Shown: positions 1-8,225 of the stretch, piece by piece
Layout: each line of letters starts with the position of its first letter
How positions within the stretch are numbered: the stretch's first letter is position 1
From: a virus
Reading direction: 5' to 3' (one strand)
IMG/VR virus record: IMGVR_UViG_3300046534_001250
Span: 1 to 64,000 of that record
Length of the DNA stretch: 64,000 bases
The notes under the pieces: model-generated
What the model was told of the DNA's origin: nothing
What the model saw: the letters and a program-made list of their open reading frames with translations, nothing else
Database searches by the model: none
Made by a program: the position numbers and the translations under genes

Positions 1-62
1 CCGGTCACGACGCTGGGTTCATACCCCGGAGATCGCTGGTTCAAATCCAGCCACTGCTACCA
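1..62 (+). tRNA. tRNA-Met(CAT), initiator-like, 5' truncated by window edge
   Basis: Anticodon arm CTGGG-TTCATAC-CCCGG (three G-C pairs), T arm GCTGG-TTCAAAT-CCAGC, 3' ACCA at 59-62. Confidence 0.85.
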
Positions 63-137
63 CGCAAGTTCGTCTAACTTCTCGGACCTCGGGATCATTA
101 CCCTTGATATAGGTATAGAATCCTATGCTTGCAACCA
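63..137 (+). tRNA. Degenerate initiator-like tRNA (CAT)
   Basis: Acceptor CGCAAGT/GCTTGCA with C1xA72 mismatch, GGG-ATCATTA-CCC anticodon arm, noncanonical T loop, encoded CCA. Confidence 0.6.
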
Positions 138-231
138 CGTAAGATAGTCTAAATACCAGTAGCGATCCTGCAAAAACGACGTCGGCAGCATGCGCCGAAA
201 TTATAGGCTTGGTAACCTGTTCTTACAACCA
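138..231 (+). tRNA. Degenerate tRNA-like RNA (CAT) with expanded D loop
   Basis: Acceptor CGTAAGA/TCTTACA+ACCA, arm TCGGC-AGCATGC-GCCGA, T-like arm ATAGG/CCTGT. Confidence 0.5.
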
Positions 232-396
232 CGTGCTAGATGGTAGTCTAGCTAGTAAGGTTAGTGACCTTATGATTAAGTAGGTTTACAACTACAAAAC
301 TAAACTCCTAGTCTCGGAGAGGCCGTCTGGTACGGACGTCAATTTGGTAAAGCAGTAGTTGCTAGCTAGCTTCAGCCTGTAATCTTTTAGTACAAC
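232..396 (+). ncRNA. Putative ~165-nt structured RNA between tRNAs
   Basis: Terminal stem GTGCTAGA/TTTAGTAC, inner stem CTAGCTAGTAA/TTGCTAGCTAG, several internal hairpins, no ORF. Confidence 0.4.
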
Positions 397-397
397 G

Positions 398-473
398 GGG
401 GGTATAGCTCAGTTGGTAGAGCGCTTGACTGTTAATCAAGATGTCGTAGGTTCAAGTCCTTCTACCCCCGCCA
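398..473 (+). tRNA. tRNA-Asn(GTT)
   Basis: Canonical cloverleaf; CTTGA-CTGTTAA-TCAAG; GGTTCAAGTCC; CCA. Confidence 0.95.
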
Positions 474-528
474 TGTCCAGTCATGTTAAGGCCAACTTCA
501 TCGGCCACTCCCCATGATTTGGACTTTT

Positions 529-590
529 GTGAACGTAACTCAGTGGTAGAGTACCGGTAGTCGCGGGTTCGAGTCCCGTCGTTTACACCA
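529..590 (+). ncRNA. Anticodon-arm-less tRNA-like RNA with G3.U70
   Basis: Acceptor GTGAACG/CGTTTAC-A-CCA, canonical D arm (ACTC-AGTGGTA-GAGT) and T arm (GCGGG-TTCGAGT-CCCGT); only ~10 nt between D and T arms. Confidence 0.75.
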
Positions 591-592
591 AT

Positions 593-663
593 TCGGTTGT
601 AGGTTTAAGTTAAAACCGTGGGATTGCCCAAAATGTCGGTATCGAATCCGACTGCCCGAACCC
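593..663 (+). pseudogene. Degenerate tRNA-like element with 4-nt anticodon loop
   Basis: D-like GGTT/AACC, TGGG-ATTG-CCCA, T arm GTCGG-TATCGAAT-CCGAC, imperfect acceptor stem, ends ACCC. Confidence 0.45.
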
Positions 664-664
664 T

Positions 665-741
665 GGTTCCTTAGCTCAGTTGATTAGAGCGCCGCCTTTA
701 CACGGCGGAGGTCACTGGTTTGAATCCAGTAGGAGCTACCA
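665..741 (+). tRNA. tRNA-Val(TAC)
   Basis: Cloverleaf; CCGCC-TTTACAC-GGCGG; CCA. Confidence 0.92.
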
Positions 742-744
742 ACT

Positions 745-918
745 ATGACAAACAAACGCAAAGCAGAGATAGCCACATTCCTTAGTGGGATCAGTCTCGT
801 CCTAAAATTACCAGGAAATACAGCTAAAACTAACGCAGATATTGCCGAACAATTATCCGCCATCTCTCAGGAGTTAACGGCAGATATTAACAACCAGCCA
901 AATAAGCCTCCAGGATAA
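745..918 (+). CDS. Small hypothetical protein (57 aa, not in ORF track)
   Basis: ATG745-TAA918 open frame filling the gap to the next gene. Confidence 0.45.
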   Translation: MTNKRKAEIATFLSGISLVLKLPGNTAKTNADIAEQLSAISQELTADINNQPNKPPG

Positions 919-920
919 CT

Positions 921-1190
921 ATGGAAATAGACTTACTAACTGAAGACACGATGGAAATCTTCGATGACATCCTGAGTCTCAAGTTTGAAGAACAGTTTGG
1001 ACTGTTCATTAACCTGGCAGAAGCATTGTCAGAAAGAGATCTAACTGACTTTACTACCAATCTCGCTAAGTGGAGTCATGCTGCGCTTGAAGACAAGGAA
1101 CGTTGGGACAACCTACGTAAAGCAGTTGTAGTGGCGTTGAAGACTTCGCCGAACGAAATACAATCTTTGTTCATGGCTATCGAAGACTGA
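921..1190 (+). CDS. Hypothetical protein
   Basis: ORF with AGGA RBS, co-oriented. Confidence 0.65.
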   Translation: MEIDLLTEDTMEIFDDILSLKFEEQFGLFINLAEALSERDLTDFTTNLAKWSHAALEDKERWDNLRKAVVVALKTSPNEIQSLFMAIED

Positions 1191-1257
1191 ACCCAAACCC
1201 TATGTGATACAATCGGAAGAAGCAACTACTCGTTGCAAAATCCACATAGGAGATAAC

Positions 1258-1482
1258 ATGGGTGCACCCAATTCAGATCTGTTTAAAGCCAAGAAGGCAA
1301 ACAGTCAACAAAAGATTGAGATCGAAATGCTTCGTAAGCACATCGCAAAGCTCAACTTAGATCTACAGCTTATAAAGCTTGCTCTAGAAGCTGTAAAGCA
1401 AGAACTGCGCGTAGCAAAAACCATTAAGCGTAAGCCAGTAAAAGAATCAAGGCCCAAGGTGACTACCAATGATGATTCCTAA
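1258..1482 (+). CDS. Hypothetical coiled-coil protein
   Basis: AGGAGA RBS before ATG1258; heptad pattern. Confidence 0.6.
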   Translation: MGAPNSDLFKAKKANSQQKIEIEMLRKHIAKLNLDLQLIKLALEAVKQELRVAKTIKRKPVKESRPKVTTNDDS

Positions 1483-1783
1483 CACGCTACTGCTTATGTT
1501 AGCCATCTATAGTATCTGCTCAAGCGTACTTGCCAGTGTCGGAACGTTGTTCCTAGGTTACCTATCAGTAGAGACACTACTTGCTATTAAGTATTACATT
1601 ACATATAAGTCATGGCCGAAGAGCGGACTAGCGTTAGAGAACGCCGTCCTAAGACATCAAGCCCAAACTGCACATAGTAGATTGGCAGAACAGCAGGGTG
1701 AAAACACTCTGCTTCAAGATAAAATCACTGAACTAGACAAAGAACAAGCCTCTATTTTAAAGAGGCTCATAGAGGGAAAATAA
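1469..1783 (+). CDS. Membrane-anchored coiled-coil protein
   Basis: Hydrophobic N-terminus then heptads. Confidence 0.6.
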   Translation: MMIPNTLLLMLAIYSICSSVLASVGTLFLGYLSVETLLAIKYYITYKSWPKSGLALENAVLRHQAQTAHSRLAEQQGENTLLQDKITELDKEQASILKRLIEGK

Positions 1784-2094
1784 TGAGAACTTTTGAAGTC
1801 GCATGTGCTGTCCTACGAACTGTCCGTCGCACTGCCACCGTTACCGTCGAGGCTAATAACTTTGCAGCAGCTGAAGCAGCCGCTGCAGCCGTCCTAGCCG
1901 TAGACCTGAGTGCCGATACCGTGACAAGCCGTGACCTTGTAGACACTACTAGCGTGAGTGCGCAGAGCATTACGGTTGTGGCTGCTGCTCCTGAGACTCC
2001 TGGGTTTGACAGCCACGGATTTCCCCAGGCAGTAGTGCAGGAACGACCAAATGGTTACCGTCAGGTAGGCCATACGTTCGATCCAGAAGCGTAA
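1783..2094 (+). CDS. Hypothetical Ala/Val-rich phage protein
   Basis: TAATG overlap, RBS, followed by terminator. Confidence 0.7.
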   Translation: MRTFEVACAVLRTVRRTATVTVEANNFAAAEAAAAAVLAVDLSADTVTSRDLVDTTSVSAQSITVVAAAPETPGFDSHGFPQAVVQERPNGYRQVGHTFDPEA

Positions 2095-2100
2095 TAATAC

Positions 2101-2128
2101 GAGGCGAGCCCACAAGGCTCGCCTCTTT
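2101..2128 (+). terminator. Intrinsic terminator
   Basis: GAGGCGAGCC-CACAA-GGCTCGCCTC-TTT. Confidence 0.7.
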
Positions 2129-2142
2129 CATTTGGGGGTCCT

Positions 2143-3864
2143 ATGGATCTACCCGTTTTTGTATTCAGCGAAGACGACTGTGTACCGTTTCCAGGCACAC
2201 AGATGCTACTCGATTTACCATTAGAACGAGCCAAGCTACTCAAGTCAGCAAGCTTAAGAGAAGCAGCAACTGGCAAATACTCTGATCAAATCGCAATAGG
2301 CTTCTCTGTAAGAGACCCTCGGGTTGTAATGAGTTCTATTGATGAATACTCAACTAGTGTCCATGAAATTGGAATACTATGCAGAGTAGATGAACGAGAG
2401 GAATGTGACGACTTTGAACTCATTCACCTTACTGGTATAGAGCGCATCTACTTACACGATTTCAGAATAATGGAATCACCTAGTACAGACCAGTCTATCA
2501 TCTTAACAACACATCAGCCTGTAAGCGAAGACTTCCTAGAAGCAGAAGAAGCTTTGATTCACGACATGGAAAATCTCTTCAATCTCATTACTGAGAATCC
2601 AAAGATTTATCCTGCGCTATTAATCGCAGACATTCAAGCAACTCAAAGTTTAATCTCAAAGATGAATAAGCTAGCAGACTATCTGCTAGGAAGTCCGCAA
2701 GAAAGAATTAAGTATCTATTAGAAGATGATAACTATGTTCGATGGGATAGTATAGTTACGCTAACCGTAGCTATGGCTGCTAAGCGACCTAAGATGTCTG
2801 GAAAAAAGAAGAAACCAGTTATAAAGAAGCAGCCAGCAAAAGAAATAACTGTCCCAGAGCAAGCTCTGCAGCTTCCATTAGACGAAGACTCTATGCGCAA
2901 CATTAAGCGCGAAGTAAATAAGTTAGAGAACTTGGCCAAAAGCAGTACAGAGTACGCTATGGTTATGGACTACTTAGATTGGGTTGTATCTGTTCCCTGG
3001 AAAAACACATCCTATAAAGACTTTGATCTGTCTAAGCTAAGAGAAACTTTGGATGAGACTCATTATGGTCTTGACGAAGTCAAAGCCCATATTCTAGAGC
3101 ATCTAGTTGTTGAACGACTACGCGGTGGTAACACCGGTACAGTATTATGCTTTGTCGGTTCGCCCGGTACAGGAAAAACTAGTATTGCTCAGCAGATTGC
3201 AAAAGCAACTCATAGACCCTTGCAACGAATTGCATTGGGCGGGCTAAGCGACGAAGCGGAAATTCGAGGTCACCGCAGAACTTACGTAGCTAGTAAGCCA
3301 GGTAGATTTATCACCGGGCTAAAGACCGCCAAAGCTATGGACCCGCTCTTTCTTCTAGATGAGGTCGATAAGATAGCTAAGTTCAAAGGCGATCCCATGA
3401 CAGCGCTTCTAGAGGTCTTAGACCCAGAGCAAAATCATTCCTTCGTTGACAGATACCTAGAGGTACCAGTGAACTTAAGCCAAGCTATGTTCATTTGTAC
3501 CGCAAACAATAAAGCAGACATTGACCCAGCCTTATTAGATAGAATGGAACTGATTGAGTTCCGAGATTACACTCTCGAAGAAAGAACACACATTACAACC
3601 AACTATCTAATGCCCAAGGTATTAAGCTTCTACAAGCTAGAAAGCTTTAATATTGTTTTCGATCCTACGCTGATTGATGTACTGTGTAAAAACAGTATAC
3701 AGATTAGACAGATTGAAAAAGACATAGCAAAGCTGCTTAGGATGGCTGCAGTCAAAATTCATGTACATGGAAGTGAGAGAGTTATCATTGATAGCGATTT
3801 CTCCGACCAAGTACTCAACAAATATAAAAGTAAAAACAAGCCCATTGGGTTTGGAGGACGATAA
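2143..3864 (+). CDS. Lon-family AAA+ ATPase (Lon N domain + AAA+), no protease domain, C-terminal IGF tail
   Basis: LPVF..VPFPG N-terminus; LDETHYGLDEVKAHILE; Walker A GSPGTGKTS; DEAEIRGHRRTY; Walker B LLDEVDK; LLDRMELI; ends KPIGFGGR with no PKDGPSAG. Confidence 0.92.
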   Translation: MDLPVFVFSEDDCVPFPGTQMLLDLPLERAKLLKSASLREAATGKYSDQIAIGFSVRDPRVVMSSIDEYSTSVHEIGILCRVDEREECDDFELIHLTGIERIYLHDFRIMESPSTDQSIILTTHQPVSEDFLEAEEALIHDMENLFNLITENPKIYPALLIADIQATQSLISKMNKLADYLLGSPQERIKYLLEDDNYVRWDSIVTLTVAMAAKRPKMSGKKKKPVIKKQPAKEITVPEQALQLPLDEDSMRNIKREVNKLENLAKSSTEYAMVMDYLDWVVSVPWKNTSYKDFDLSKLRETLDETHYGLDEVKAHILEHLVVERLRGGNTGTVLCFVGSPGTGKTSIAQQIAKATHRPLQRIALGGLSDEAEIRGHRRTYVASKPGRFITGLKTAKAMDPLFLLDEVDKIAKFKGDPMTALLEVLDPEQNHSFVDRYLEVPVNLSQAMFICTANNKADIDPALLDRMELIEFRDYTLEERTHITTNYLMPKVLSFYKLESFNIVFDPTLIDVLCKNSIQIRQIEKDIAKLLRMAAVKIHVHGSERVIIDSDFSDQVLNKYKSKNKPIGFGGR

Positions 3865-4049
3865 TGATTCAAATCACACTAGACAAGCTACCACAGCGTA
3901 TTTGGTTCGCAAAGAATACTAAGACCGGCAAAGCCCAGATTAGATTCAGTCGAGGCGAAGTACGTGATATTCGAGATGACGCTAAAGCCAAAGGAGAAGC
4001 TATGACCATCGGGTCATATGCTACACCAACGGTTGCGACCCACGGATAG
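3864..4049 (+). CDS. Small hypothetical protein
   Basis: TAATG coupling to the Lon-like gene. Confidence 0.6.
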   Translation: MIQITLDKLPQRIWFAKNTKTGKAQIRFSRGEVRDIRDDAKAKGEAMTIGSYATPTVATHG

Positions 4050-4088
4050 GTCTTGGCCCCTTACAGGGCCTTTGTTTCAAAGGCAGTC

Positions 4089-4313
4089 ATGAATTTATAT
4101 TGTATCAATTTAGACATCTGTGGCTGGTTTGGAGAGTTCGCTGATGACAGTGAATTCTCCTGCCCTGTTTGCCACGCTTTAGCTATTCCGCTAGAGAAAT
4201 TAAGAACGGAAAAAGATGAACTTATTAACCAGTTCGTCTTCGCAGAAGCTGACCTCCCTGGTGAATCTTCACAAAGAGAACCAGAAGATCCAATGGAAGA
4301 TTCTGACTCCTAA
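4089..4313 (+). CDS. Small Zn-ribbon protein with acidic tail
   Basis: C-x5-C...CPVC. Confidence 0.55.
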   Translation: MNLYCINLDICGWFGEFADDSEFSCPVCHALAIPLEKLRTEKDELINQFVFAEADLPGESSQREPEDPMEDSDS

Positions 4314-4773
4314 TACTGAAGTCACACGTTTGCGAGCCTTGTTAGGCGTTTCACAAACTTACTATTCCAAAACAAAATCAGGGTTGTTGACCTCCGCAAA
4401 GATGAGGCAATTGCAAACAGTGGGTATTCACCCCACTAAGACCCACTATCATAAAGGACTGGTGAGTACAGTACTCTATACCAAGGGATTAAACCTTGAT
4501 CTGTCGGCTATTGACGCACACATAAGGACCACTGATAGCGCTGAGATTAACAACCTTCATATTGAAGCTAGCATACTTCAATACTTAGCTTTTAATAAAC
4601 AAGGCGTCTCTACGAAAGAAGCATTAAAAGAAAGAAACAAACGACTATGTGTAATCGCTAAAGTAGCTTTACCTTCCTATGTTTGGGAAGAGCTTAGATC
4701 CACAAAAACGTTTATGAAAAACACAGCCCCTTATGTTGGGCTGTACAAGGCATCACTCAATGAATCTAAATGA
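4216..4773 (+). CDS. Hypothetical protein
   Basis: 185-aa ORF overlapping neighbours in operon fashion. Confidence 0.6.
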   Translation: MNLLTSSSSQKLTSLVNLHKENQKIQWKILTPNTEVTRLRALLGVSQTYYSKTKSGLLTSAKMRQLQTVGIHPTKTHYHKGLVSTVLYTKGLNLDLSAIDAHIRTTDSAEINNLHIEASILQYLAFNKQGVSTKEALKERNKRLCVIAKVALPSYVWEELRSTKTFMKNTAPYVGLYKASLNESK

Positions 4774-7066
4774 CAATTTCAACTTCATCTTGCCATACTC
4801 TATTGGCGGCAATGCTTCAAATCTATCTCTGGAGGCATCTAGAAACTTTGCTACGTATTACTCTGGATATAGAGGATGGTGTGCAGAGAATATATCCATT
4901 GACGAAGGCCCTGACAGATACTCTTACACGTCGCGGTCAAGCCTTACACTAACAAGAAATTGGTTAGTTCCAAGATTTGAAATTGATACTCCAACATGGT
5001 TTGTCAGATGCTCAAGTATTGAAACTTGGTCTAGAAGAGAAAGCGTAATTTCCAACGCTAGTTTGCCTGCAAAACACAATAGAGATTTACCATTCTTGTG
5101 GGTAATTCCAAAGCCTGCTGTAGTTGAAAACGGATATTCATATGCTGACTCAGAAACAATTGCGTACTTAGAAAGCCCACTGTTTTCTATAGCAGTCGCA
5201 GGGGATCCACTAGAAGGATCGCAGGGGCTTAACGGTACTAATAACATTAGGCATCAGCGCCACCAGCATGGCGTCTTGCGCATCTTTTCCAAAGAACAAG
5301 CAAGCGAATTGATTCCAGAGTTAGAGAACAAAGTCCCTACGATTAAAATCACAGGGCTGACCAGAGCTACTCCAGCTAACCCAAAGCCTAGTTATTCACT
5401 CAAGAAGCAAACCAAAGCACAAATCTTATCTGGCCAACGGCTATTCAGTTATATCCAGATAGTTACTGTCGTCGCAAACGACGGAACAGAAACTACAGAA
5501 AACTTGATTTCAGTAGGAATAGTTGGAGATGAAATACTCTTGAACTCCAGATACTCCGCTATATGTCTTCTAGCATTGATTGAATTTATTACATCAACAG
5601 AGTGGATAAATGATATCAAGTACCCGAACCAGGCTATTGTTCGAAACTTTTCTAGCGATCCAGAGTTCTGTCTATATTCTCAACCAACTGTGCCGTTTAA
5701 TATCAGCAATATCCCTGACACCAGCCACACGTCATTAAAAAACAGAGAGGCTAGCGATCTTACAGTCTTGAACTCTAGCGAAAGTGTTACTCGTGCACCG
5801 TTTGCCAGAACTTATTTGGCGGCAGTAAACAAAGTGGAATCTTACAGAGATCAAATTAAATCAATAGAGCAGGAAAGGAAGAGACACGAACAATTGATCC
5901 TTGAACACACCAGTTATATTGCAGAACGTACGCGTAAGATTGATCGGCTACAGAAAGATATCCTGACCGATAAAATACTTGTCAGAGAGGAACGACAAAA
6001 GGCTTTAATTGCTTCAGAAGCAATTCTCAAGCAAACTGATATCGTTGAAGTACTGACTCCGCAACTAGATGGACTTAAGGAGCTATTTAATAGCAAGTTA
6101 GAAAAATATACAGCTGAAGGAAGTTCTGTTCCTGCACTGGATAAGTATTTGTCCAACATGGGAATCAAGATTACTAAGTTGACATTCTTTGATGCTGAAG
6201 GCGAAACCATCAAATCACAAGACGTAGATGTAACCGGCATCCTTATGAATAGGTATGCAATCAAGAGTATGTCTTTTGAAACAACCCGACCTATGAACAT
6301 CAACGTACTGGATACTAACAAGCAAGTAGTTGATACTAGAGTCGGTGGACCATACCGTGTACGTCTCAAGCGATGTGCTGTACAGGAACGCTTTCAAGTA
6401 CGGATTAATGCATTAAGTCATGACAGTATTATAGGCATCGAACCTGTAACAAACACCGGCATCTTTTACGCAAAAGCCCATCCTCATACTGGCTGTTCTG
6501 CCTTGAAAAGAGATGATTATGTATCAGGGCTTGAAAGTCTTGTAAGCCAAGATATTGAACCATGTCTAGGCGAAGCCGAAGCAGCACTAGCTACTGCTAG
6601 CAAAACAAATAACATCAAAATGATTTTATTTGCAATGCTATCTTGGCTCAAGAATGCATACAAAGACGATCAATGGGGCAGGACCGCAGCCTGGTTTCCT
6701 AAGCCACGTTACATCGCTAATATGCTATTAGGAGAGGAGCTTGCTGCAGCAAAAATAGCTGTTTCTAACAATGGAATAAGCCTAATAGCTTATGCCAAAA
6801 TTGCATATTCAACAGACTACAGTATAACTTGGAGTCATGATGGAGCAATTGTGTGCGAAGAAGGCATAAGCTACGGTAAAGACCAATACAAGACTCTCTT
6901 ATTTTTCAAGAATAAAGAAGAGGCAAATTACTACATGCGTACACGATCTCAAGATTGGTTATCGTATTATCATAAGTACCATACTACAGATTGGTGCTTA
7001 GAAATTCTTAATGATTTTCCAGCCGAAACAGAAACACAAGAACAAATAGAAGAAATAAATGCATAA
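4760..7066 (+). CDS. Large multidomain protein with coiled coil and prokaryotic E2 (UBC-like) domain; possible C-terminal WGR-like domain
   Basis: AHPH (6479) ... PCLG (6563) ... WLKNAYKDDQWG; upstream of JAB, E1 and Ubl genes. Confidence 0.65.
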   Translation: MNLNDNFNFILPYSIGGNASNLSLEASRNFATYYSGYRGWCAENISIDEGPDRYSYTSRSSLTLTRNWLVPRFEIDTPTWFVRCSSIETWSRRESVISNASLPAKHNRDLPFLWVIPKPAVVENGYSYADSETIAYLESPLFSIAVAGDPLEGSQGLNGTNNIRHQRHQHGVLRIFSKEQASELIPELENKVPTIKITGLTRATPANPKPSYSLKKQTKAQILSGQRLFSYIQIVTVVANDGTETTENLISVGIVGDEILLNSRYSAICLLALIEFITSTEWINDIKYPNQAIVRNFSSDPEFCLYSQPTVPFNISNIPDTSHTSLKNREASDLTVLNSSESVTRAPFARTYLAAVNKVESYRDQIKSIEQERKRHEQLILEHTSYIAERTRKIDRLQKDILTDKILVREERQKALIASEAILKQTDIVEVLTPQLDGLKELFNSKLEKYTAEGSSVPALDKYLSNMGIKITKLTFFDAEGETIKSQDVDVTGILMNRYAIKSMSFETTRPMNINVLDTNKQVVDTRVGGPYRVRLKRCAVQERFQVRINALSHDSIIGIEPVTNTGIFYAKAHPHTGCSALKRDDYVSGLESLVSQDIEPCLGEAEAALATASKTNNIKMILFAMLSWLKNAYKDDQWGRTAAWFPKPRYIANMLLGEELAAAKIAVSNNGISLIAYAKIAYSTDYSITWSHDGAIVCEEGISYGKDQYKTLLFFKNKEEANYYMRTRSQDWLSYYHKYHTTDWCLEILNDFPAETETQEQIEEINA

Positions 7067-8225
7067 AGTAATTGGAACACAAACGATCGTACCTGTTGTA
7101 GGATCTAAAGCTGCTTTAATGATGGACGATACATTGTATCGTCAAACAAAGTATCTAGTTGATTCTCTCAAGACTGACGAAGTCCAGTGGTGGCACCGCG
7201 TCGAGAAAGTAACAGTTGAAGGAGCCACGTATTACATGCTGAAGGATTTGATTATCCCTCATCAAGAGGTACATGCTGCCACTACAGAAGTCGATGGGCA
7301 AAACCAGTACAAGGCTTACCAAGAAATCAAATCTCGCTTTACCCAAGAAGGCACAACAGACACAGAGTCAATGAACAAGTTCATTGGTGGCCTTACTTGC
7401 TGGAGCCACAGTCATGGAAACATGACCGTGGGGCCTTCGCCGCAAGACGAAGCACAGTTTAAGCTGTTCATTGAACAGCAGAGCAAAGATGACTTTGATC
7501 AGATCTTCCTTATGATGATCTGGAACAAGAAAGACGAAATCTATGCTCTCATTTATGATCCTGAAACATGCTTTATGATTGAGAATATTCCTCTGATTGT
7601 ATACTATCCAAATATCGAAACCGACTATATTGACGACGCTGTCGCCAATAAGGTCACAAAAAAAAAGCAAACGTATACACCAGTCAGTCAAACAACCTAC
7701 AGTGGGAAGAATGCCAAGGCTGGGAAGAGTACTACGAACAGCAAAGTCAACAATATGGCTCGGCGTATTCCTAGTGTGGGCGGACTTACGGGCAAGATTC
7801 GGACTCGCGCCTTTCAGCTGGGACAAATTGTCACTCAGTTCAGCAACCGACCTTCCGAACTGACAGAGTTAATGGAGATCTTCACGACTCATCTTGGCCA
7901 TAATGCCAATGCAATTCGTGCTCTCCGAATGCTTATCCACGGTGACTACAAGAACAAGGACCAGTTGAAAGCTTTTGAAAACTGGGACGAATCAGATTAC
8001 GAATTTGAAGTGATGGCGCTAGACAACCTTCTTAACACCGAATGGATTCCTAGCAATGGAATTATTGTACGCTCTCTAGATGTTGTGTCGTTTCTAACGA
8101 AACGACCTTCTCCCATGATTGGTTATGTTATTGACAACTTTTATGAATACTACGATGCTGTATACGAAGAAGCAGCAAAAGCAGTTCCTCAGCTAGAGGA
8201 TGGCGATCATGTCCGCAGTCTATAG
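7059..8225 (+). CDS. JAB/MPN+ (JAMM) metallopeptidase, deubiquitinase-like
   Basis: E(VQW)...HSH-GNMTVGP-S-PQ-D matches E..HxHx7SxxD. Confidence 0.88.
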   Translation: MHKVIGTQTIVPVVGSKAALMMDDTLYRQTKYLVDSLKTDEVQWWHRVEKVTVEGATYYMLKDLIIPHQEVHAATTEVDGQNQYKAYQEIKSRFTQEGTTDTESMNKFIGGLTCWSHSHGNMTVGPSPQDEAQFKLFIEQQSKDDFDQIFLMMIWNKKDEIYALIYDPETCFMIENIPLIVYYPNIETDYIDDAVANKVTKKKQTYTPVSQTTYSGKNAKAGKSTTNSKVNNMARRIPSVGGLTGKIRTRAFQLGQIVTQFSNRPSELTELMEIFTTHLGHNANAIRALRMLIHGDYKNKDQLKAFENWDESDYEFEVMALDNLLNTEWIPSNGIIVRSLDVVSFLTKRPSPMIGYVIDNFYEYYDAVYEEAAKAVPQLEDGDHVRSL

